The position numbers were made by a program, and so were the translations under genes. Under the pieces are notes generated by a model, which did not search any database, was not told the origin of the DNA, and was given only the letters and a program-made list of their open reading frames with translations. Of a stretch of DNA of 12,973 nucleotides, positions 7,828 to 12,973 are shown in pieces (the first letter of the stretch is position 1; every line of letters starts with the position of its first letter). Origin of the DNA: Bdellovibrionota bacterium (GTDB taxonomy: Bacteria > Bdellovibrionota_C > UBA2361); the NCBI GenBank assembly GCA_044352465.1, contig JBILDU010000084.1, forward strand, positions 1 through 12,973, given 5' to 3'.

Positions 7828-8044
7828 CTGGAGCTCTCGGCGGGGAGCCACCCTCGTTGAGTACGCCATCACGACCGCGATACTGGTCGGGGTCTTCGTC
7901 GTGGTCGGTCAACGTCTCTTCGAAGTGGTATCAAGTCGGGGGAACGCCTCGGCGAACACGGTACGGGAAACAGTTCCCTGTGGCGGTGACCTCGGCGCAC
8001 TGCGACCCGCCGTCGGCAGCTCCGACCCCAATCCGTGTCTCTAA
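7796..8044 (+). CDS. flp: Flp family (type IVc/Tad) pilin
   Basis: 'SRRG|ATLVEYAITTAILVGVFVVVG' contains the Flp motif G|ATxxEY plus a hydrophobic helix. Start at ATG 7796 (GGAGAGG at 7777-7783) gives 82 aa with a 17-aa leader and overlaps the upstream gene by 32 nt. Confidence 0.85.
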   Translation: MRSLDYDRNFSWSSRRGATLVEYAITTAILVGVFVVVGQRLFEVVSSRGNASANTVRETVPCGGDLGALRPAVGSSDPNPCL

Positions 8045-8045
8045 A

Positions 8046-8077
8046 GAACGATCCCTCGCCTGCGTGAGGAGATCTTC
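8046..8077. terminator. Hairpin between convergent flp and TolB-like genes; possible terminator
   Basis: GAA-c-GATC-CCTCGC (loop CTGC) GTGAGG-a-GATC-TTC pairs over about 13 bp with two bulges and one G-U, filling most of the 42-nt gap. There is no strong U-tract. Confidence 0.35.
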
Positions 8078-8086
8078 AAACAAAGC

Positions 8087-9286
8087 TTAAGGGGCCGGTG
8101 TGTCGGATGGAACAGCCGATGGAAGGGCCAACGGCGGCCCCTCGTTCGCGGCATCGAACTCACGCGCTTTCGCCGCCTCGAGCGCAATCGCCTTCACCCC
8201 GCTCCAACTTGGATGGCGCACCGAGTAGATTGAAGACAGGAGCGGTTTAATCGACCGATCCCGCCGCTCGATAACGAAGAGAGCGTAGTCACTTGTCCCC
8301 GGCTCAGCGTATGCGAACACGACCCACAGATCGTCGGGCGAAGGGGCTGGGTCAACGTGACGACCATCGCCCTGCCGCACCCCCACAAGGGTCCGATCCG
8401 CGAGCTTAAACATCTGGACGGCGTTCCCCCCGGGGGTGTTATTCGCAAAGTAGATCCTCTGACCATCGACGCTGTAGACCGGTTGAGAGATCACCATCCC
8501 TTCCGCCTTTGAGACGAACTCCTCACCACCCCGAACTGAGTTCAGGAGCATGATCCGCCATCCAGGCCAGAAACGGTTGGTGGAGAACGCAATCGTCTCA
8601 CCGTTGGGGGACCACCGCGGGGTAATATTCCGTCCTGAATGTTTGGTTAGTGGGCGGACCTCTCCGGTTGCAACCGTTACGGAGAAAATATTCGACTCAG
8701 CTCCCCCGGCCCCACTTTCGCGGGAGAAGACGATCGACTTGCCGTTAGGATGCCACGCTGGCTGGTCCTCGTTGAGCGCGCTCGTGGTCAGGCGGCGCTC
8801 CTCCGAACCATCCCACCGCACTAGGTACAACTCTTTGTTTCCGTCCCGGTCGGACACAAACACGAGCCGTTCCCCATCAGGGGACCATGCCCCACTATAG
8901 TTATTCCCCGGGCCATCGACGAGCGAAGAGAGCCGCCGCCCATCGAGATCAAGCACCATAACCCGATCGAAACCGCGGACCTTGGCGGTGAAGCTGAGAC
9001 GCCCTGAGAGCCCCTTCGGGACGCTCAACGTAAAGTCACGCTCGAGGTCCACCGGAGCAGCTCCTACAGCCGCAGTCACCGAGGAGCTTACGCCGGAAGC
9101 GGTGCCAGGAAGAGAGGTCGGCGTCTCTCCAAACAAACCAGCCGGGGCGAGGAAGAGAAGCCCGGCAAGGAGCGTTACCACAATCTCCTTGCGACCGAAC
9201 CTCGCCGAGCAGGAGCCCGAAAAACGGTGCTCTCCCTCGCGCTGCGTCGGGCGGCTACGCTCCGCTCTGAAGATGGCACTAGTCAT
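8087..9286 (-). CDS. TolB-like six-bladed beta-propeller protein (PD40 repeats), probably exported
   Basis: Repeats 'GAWSPDGERLVFVSDRDGNKELY', 'QPAWHPNGKSIVFS', 'TPRWSPNGETIAFS', 'QPVYSVDGQRIYFA', 'DPAPSPDDLWVVFA', 'HPSWS'. Hydrophobic N-terminal segment 'IVVTLLAGLLFLAPAGLFG'. Start placed at ATG 9286, which overlaps the ftsY stop (ATGACTAG); the ORF track extends it to 9325. Confidence 0.82.
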   Translation of the reverse strand: MTSAIFRAERSRPTQREGEHRFSGSCSARFGRKEIVVTLLAGLLFLAPAGLFGETPTSLPGTASGVSSSVTAAVGAAPVDLERDFTLSVPKGLSGRLSFTAKVRGFDRVMVLDLDGRRLSSLVDGPGNNYSGAWSPDGERLVFVSDRDGNKELYLVRWDGSEERRLTTSALNEDQPAWHPNGKSIVFSRESGAGGAESNIFSVTVATGEVRPLTKHSGRNITPRWSPNGETIAFSTNRFWPGWRIMLLNSVRGGEEFVSKAEGMVISQPVYSVDGQRIYFANNTPGGNAVQMFKLADRTLVGVRQGDGRHVDPAPSPDDLWVVFAYAEPGTSDYALFVIERRDRSIKPLLSSIYSVRHPSWSGVKAIALEAAKAREFDAANEGPPLALPSAVPSDTPAP

Positions 9287-10838
9287 AGGCCTGGGTATCC
9301 CGTCGCCGCCGCCGGCGAGCCTCACCGTGGGCGGAGCTCACCTCAGCGCCTTCCACATCGGCCGTGTCGAATAACGCCTCAACAAAATCGCGGGGGATAA
9401 ACGGACGGAGGTCCTCAGGGGATTCGCCCACACCGATGTAGCGGACCGGTACACCCAGCTCGCTCTTTATCGCTACGACAACGCCCCCCTTCGGCGTACC
9501 ATCGAGTTTCGTGACGACGAGACCGGTTAGGGGGACGGCCGCGTGAAACTCGCGCGCCTGGGCGATCGCATTTTGACCGGTGGTGCCATCAACGACGAGC
9601 ACCGTTTCATGGGGTGCTTCAGGGACCTGTCGCGCCGCGATATTCTTCACCCCCTCCAACTCTTGCATAAGGTTCGCCTTGGTATGGAGCCGCCCAGCTG
9701 TATCGATGACCACAACATCGACACCCTCTGCTTTCGCCCTCGCAAGGGCGTCGAAGACCACCGTCCCCGGCTTCGCCTCGGGAGCCCCGGTGACGACCGG
9801 CACTCCGATACGAGCGCCCCACGTCACCAGTTGATCAACCGCTGCGGCACGGAAGGTATCGGCTGCAACCATCAACACTTTCGCGCCCTCAGCGTGCCAC
9901 TGGGCGGCGAGCTTCGCCGTTGTGGTGGTCTTCCCGACGCCGTTTACCCCCACCATCATCACGACGAGAGGATCGCCGCCCCTCTTGAGGGGCCGAATCG
10001 CTGGATTCAGTGGCGTCCCCTTCTCGAGAAGATGGAGGAGCTTGAGTTTTAACGCTGCGGTAAGCGACCCCTCACTTACCTCGTCTCCGCGCGATATCTC
10101 AGCCCGAAGCTCCTCGAGCAATCCTCGCACCGTTCCCACACCGAGGTCGCTCCCCACGAGGAGCGCTTCAAGCTCCTCAAGCATCGACTCATCGAGCTTT
10201 GGCTTTCCCGCAAAAACGTTCTTAATCCGTTCGAAAAGACCGAGACGGGTTTTGGTAAGACGCTTTGAGAGACTCTCTGGCGCGGCAGTCACCTCAGCGA
10301 GGGGAACCGGCGTTGGGGTTGGAACCGGGGGCTCCTCAACGCGCTCGGCAACGGCAGTCATCGGGGGCACGGCCTGCGGGACGAGCTCCTCAGGGACTAC
10401 CACCTCAGAGACTGCGGACTCAAACGCCTCGGTCTCACCGGCCTCGAGCTCAGCGACCATCGGCTTCACAGGGAGCTCGACACTGGGCTCCCCCTTTACA
10501 AGGGCGCGCAGCTCCCGCACTTCGCCCCGTAACTCACGCGACTCAGAGCGGGCTATCTCAACAGCCCGGAGAACCTCCGTGCGGGTGTCGTTGAGGGCGT
10601 GCTCAAGCTTTTCAAGCCTTCCACCCATCACCGTGGCGCGGTCGGTAATCCCGGGAGAAACGGGGGCAACGATCTTTGAGCGACTTCGCCGTAGAATGAG
10701 GAAGCCCCACACGAGCGCCACAAGGGAGACCCCGAGGAGGAGAAGGCTTACGTCAGCCGGCCAATTTCCGGTACCGTACTCAATCGACCAAGCTCTCAGT
10801 TGGTCCACGGTCGTTGTTGGAACGGTTGACTCTTCCAT
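9279..10838 (-). CDS. ftsY: Signal recognition particle receptor FtsY
   Basis: NG domain with 'LEELEALLVGSDLGV', G1 'GVNGVGKTTT', 'AADTFRAAA', G3 'DTAGR', 'DGTTGQNA', G4 'TKLDGTPKGG' and 'GVGE..EDL'. Acidic/Pro-rich N-terminal region. Follows smc, a common synteny. Confidence 0.97.
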   Translation of the reverse strand: MEESTVPTTTVDQLRAWSIEYGTGNWPADVSLLLLGVSLVALVWGFLILRRSRSKIVAPVSPGITDRATVMGGRLEKLEHALNDTRTEVLRAVEIARSESRELRGEVRELRALVKGEPSVELPVKPMVAELEAGETEAFESAVSEVVVPEELVPQAVPPMTAVAERVEEPPVPTPTPVPLAEVTAAPESLSKRLTKTRLGLFERIKNVFAGKPKLDESMLEELEALLVGSDLGVGTVRGLLEELRAEISRGDEVSEGSLTAALKLKLLHLLEKGTPLNPAIRPLKRGGDPLVVMMVGVNGVGKTTTTAKLAAQWHAEGAKVLMVAADTFRAAAVDQLVTWGARIGVPVVTGAPEAKPGTVVFDALARAKAEGVDVVVIDTAGRLHTKANLMQELEGVKNIAARQVPEAPHETVLVVDGTTGQNAIAQAREFHAAVPLTGLVVTKLDGTPKGGVVVAIKSELGVPVRYIGVGESPEDLRPFIPRDFVEALFDTADVEGAEVSSAHGEARRRRRRDTQAYD

Positions 10839-11138
10839 GAGGAGGATCCATTAAAGCTAGGCCAAAAACTCAGCCGGGCCGAAGATGAAACCGGACTGAG
10901 GAATTAAAGCCGAATTACGAATTCGAAACGAGCTCCCACAAAAGGGCCGGGTGTCCCTCTCTCGCAGCTCTGAGACCGTGTAACGCTTAGCACCTAGGAA
11001 CGCGCGGGCAGCACCAAGACGGTTAGACCCGGTGCGAGCCAGCCCGCTCCCGATAACCCAAACCCCGCAAACCTAACCGCATCACCGTCAGCGGCGAGAA
11101 GCTTAAACAAAGTCGAAACGAGGGGTTACACCGCCCCG

Positions 11139-12973
11139 TTACGCTACCTGACTGTACGCTTCCTGTAAAGAAACGCTAATCATCTTTGAAGCGCCGGGCT
11201 CCTGCATCGTAACCCCAACAAGATTGTCGGATACCGACATCGAGAGCTTGTTGTGGGTGATCATCAAGAACTGAGTCCGGGCGCTCATATCCTTAATCAA
11301 CGCCAAGAAGCGGGTCAGATTAGCCTCATCGAGCGGTGCGTCAACCTCATCGAGGACACACAGCGGACTCGGTCTTTCGAGGAATATCGAGAAGATGAGC
11401 GCCGTAGCACACAACGCCTTCTCGCCACCGGAGAGGAGCTCGATGCTCTTGAGCTTCTTGCCCGGAGGGCGCGCAATTATCTCAACACCAGAATCCAACG
11501 GGTTAGCGGGATCGACCAGTTCGAGGTCGGCCTTGCCTCCTCCAAAGAGACGGGGAACCAGCCGGGTAAAGTTTTGTCTGACCGACTCGAACATCGCCGT
11601 AAACCGCTGTTGGGAGGTCTCGGTGAGTCTTTCAATGGTTCGACGGAGCGTTTGGGCGGCGTCTTCGAGATCGCGGCGCTGCCGACTCAGATCCTCCAGC
11701 CGCTTATTCTCCTCGGCGTAACGCTCGATTGAGCTCGGATCAACCTCGCCCTCACGCGCGACACGTGCCTTCAACTTCGTCACCTCGTCGGTGTACGACG
11801 CAAGGGTCGCCTCATCGAGACGAGCTACCTCACCTCCGGCACCGATCGCAGCGAGGCTCTGGACGAGCTCCTCTCCGTACTCGGTCAGAGCCCGCTCGTG
11901 AATACTTGCTCGCTCGAGCTCGATTTTTTGAAGCGACAACTCCCCTTCCCCCGCCTTAGCTCGGGCACCATCGAGGGTCCGCCGTGCGGCTTCGAGCTCT
12001 TGATTCAAGGTGCTTAAGGTGTGGTGGCCCTTTTTACGAACCTCGTCGACGCGCTGCGACGCCTCGCGCAAGCGACTAAGCTCCGCCTGTATCGGCGCAT
12101 CGTTCTCCTGCAGCAACTCTTGGAGCGTGGCCTGGATGCGCCCCTCCTCCTCCCGATGCTCCTCGATACGCGCCTCCGCCTCTTTGATCTGCTGCGCAAC
12201 CTTCGAGATATCTTGGGCCGATTGCTCAACGGTGCGAATCATCGCCTGGAGGCGGCCACGCACGTTGCCCTGCTGATTGCTCAGCTCGCGGGCATGCGCC
12301 TGGCGCGCGCGACTTTCGCGGAGCGCCGCCGCATGTTTCTCCTCAGCCACCTGGATGGCTTTGACGAGCTCCTCGCGCTCGCCCTGAATACCACCCTGGA
12401 TACGCTCATCATCAGCGATCTGGACCTCGAGCTCACGGGCGCGCCCCTTAAGCTGTACCAGCCCACCATCGTGGCGCATCGTGTAAAAACTATAATCGGT
12501 GAGCATATCGCCCTGGAGAGTCACGAGGGTCACCCCCGGTGCGCTCGCAACGCCGCCAAAGAAGTCGAGCGCCGCATCGAGGGTCTCAACAACGTACACA
12601 CCGTGAAATACCCGCTCCGCCGCACGACGACATTCCGGCGTGACCTCGACGACATCGAGGACGCGCGGGAACGGAAGGTCCGGAGTTGCTTCGCGGGGGC
12701 ACTCCCCGGCGCGAAAGACACCGAGACCGACGCCGTCCTTGGGATTGCCACCCTTCTCCACTACCTCGGCGATGAAGGTTCGGGCGATCTCAGCGGAGCG
12801 ATCGGTAACGAGGAATTCCCCCTTCTCGGCGAGCACCGCCTGAACTGCCCGGGCGTACTTCGAGGGCACCGTTAATCCATCGACGAACAGCCCCGCCTTG
12901 AAGCCGGCCAGAACCTCGGCCCGTTTCTCTCCCAAAGTTTTCCGTAGCTGAGTAACCGGTGAGGCCGCAAGAA
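11139..12973 (-). CDS. smc: Chromosome segregation protein SMC, C-terminal half (5' end outside the window)
   Basis: The frame stays open to the window edge. Hinge-like region, long coiled coil, 'LFGGGKA', 'PPGKK', signature 'LLSGGEK', Walker B/D-loop 'VLDEVDAPLDEAN', 'ITHNK' and 'GVTMQEPG'. Confidence 0.96.
   Translation of the reverse strand, partial: LAASPVTQLRKTLGEKRAEVLAGFKAGLFVDGLTVPSKYARAVQAVLAEKGEFLVTDRSAEIARTFIAEVVEKGGNPKDGVGLGVFRAGECPREATPDLPFPRVLDVVEVTPECRRAAERVFHGVYVVETLDAALDFFGGVASAPGVTLVTLQGDMLTDYSFYTMRHDGGLVQLKGRARELEVQIADDERIQGGIQGEREELVKAIQVAEEKHAAALRESRARQAHARELSNQQGNVRGRLQAMIRTVEQSAQDISKVAQQIKEAEARIEEHREEEGRIQATLQELLQENDAPIQAELSRLREASQRVDEVRKKGHHTLSTLNQELEAARRTLDGARAKAGEGELSLQKIELERASIHERALTEYGEELVQSLAAIGAGGEVARLDEATLASYTDEVTKLKARVAREGEVDPSSIERYAEENKRLEDLSRQRRDLEDAAQTLRRTIERLTETSQQRFTAMFESVRQNFTRLVPRLFGGGKADLELVDPANPLDSGVEIIARPPGKKLKSIELLSGGEKALCATALIFSIFLERPSPLCVLDEVDAPLDEANLTRFLALIKDMSARTQFLMITHNKLSMSVSDNLVGVTMQEPGASKMISVSLQEAYSQVA

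Noticed and set aside
3841..8044. Pilin cassette as a horizontally acquired island
   Set aside because: Some stretches look more AT-rich than smc/ftsY, but the difference by eye is modest, and there is no integrase, tRNA or flanking direct repeat. A computed GC3/codon-usage profile would be needed.
9922..10854. 310-aa + strand ORF, plus the other long antisense ORFs (12021-12875, 9543-10052, 11253-11732, 3672-4268, 1473-1907)
   Set aside because: They lie antisense to well-supported genes, have Ser/Arg-rich shadow-frame composition and show no recognisable motifs, as expected in GC-rich DNA.
10891..10935. Hammerhead-ribozyme-like words CTGAGGA...GAAAC in the smc-ftsY spacer
   Set aside because: Stem II does not close correctly after CUGANGA (A opposite C), and I found no stem I/III partner with a cleavage triplet.
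10839..11138. SRP RNA (ffs) or other known ncRNA next to ftsY
   Set aside because: The conserved SRP domain IV motif (CAGG...GGAA...AGCAG) is not present on either strand, and there are no tRNA-like or tmRNA ends.
11108..11140. Intrinsic terminator after smc
   Set aside because: Only a short bulged stem (about 7 bp) with an interrupted U-tract, too weak to call.

Overview
Bacterial chromosomal window with three blocks. (1) + strand, 28-2765: a YeaH/YhbH-family vWA gene and a SpoVR-family gene, the usual partners of a PrkA/YeaG kinase that would lie upstream of the window. (2) + strand, 3147-8044: an orphan CheY-like receiver followed by a four-gene cassette in which every product starts with a Tad/Flp-type prepilin leader. 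These are an atypical pilin-like protein with a Gly/Asn-rich tail, a TadE-like protein, a ~800-aa TadG-like protein with a probable degenerate vWA fold, and a Flp pilin with an unusual C-terminal Cys pair. No Tad assembly machinery is present. (3) - strand, 8087-end: 5'-truncated smc, ftsY, and a TolB-like beta-propeller gene coupled to ftsY. The best candidate for an undescribed system is the machinery-free, Cys-rich Tad pilin/adhesin cassette and its regulatory region (a four-tetrad G-quadruplex motif, a perfect 13-bp inverted repeat and an RBS-sequestering hairpin). The SMC also looks divergent, with the hinge glycine motif lost and the C-terminal arm about 80 aa short. No rRNA, tRNA, CRISPR array or mobile element was recognised. 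All calls come from reading motifs by eye; no database search was run.
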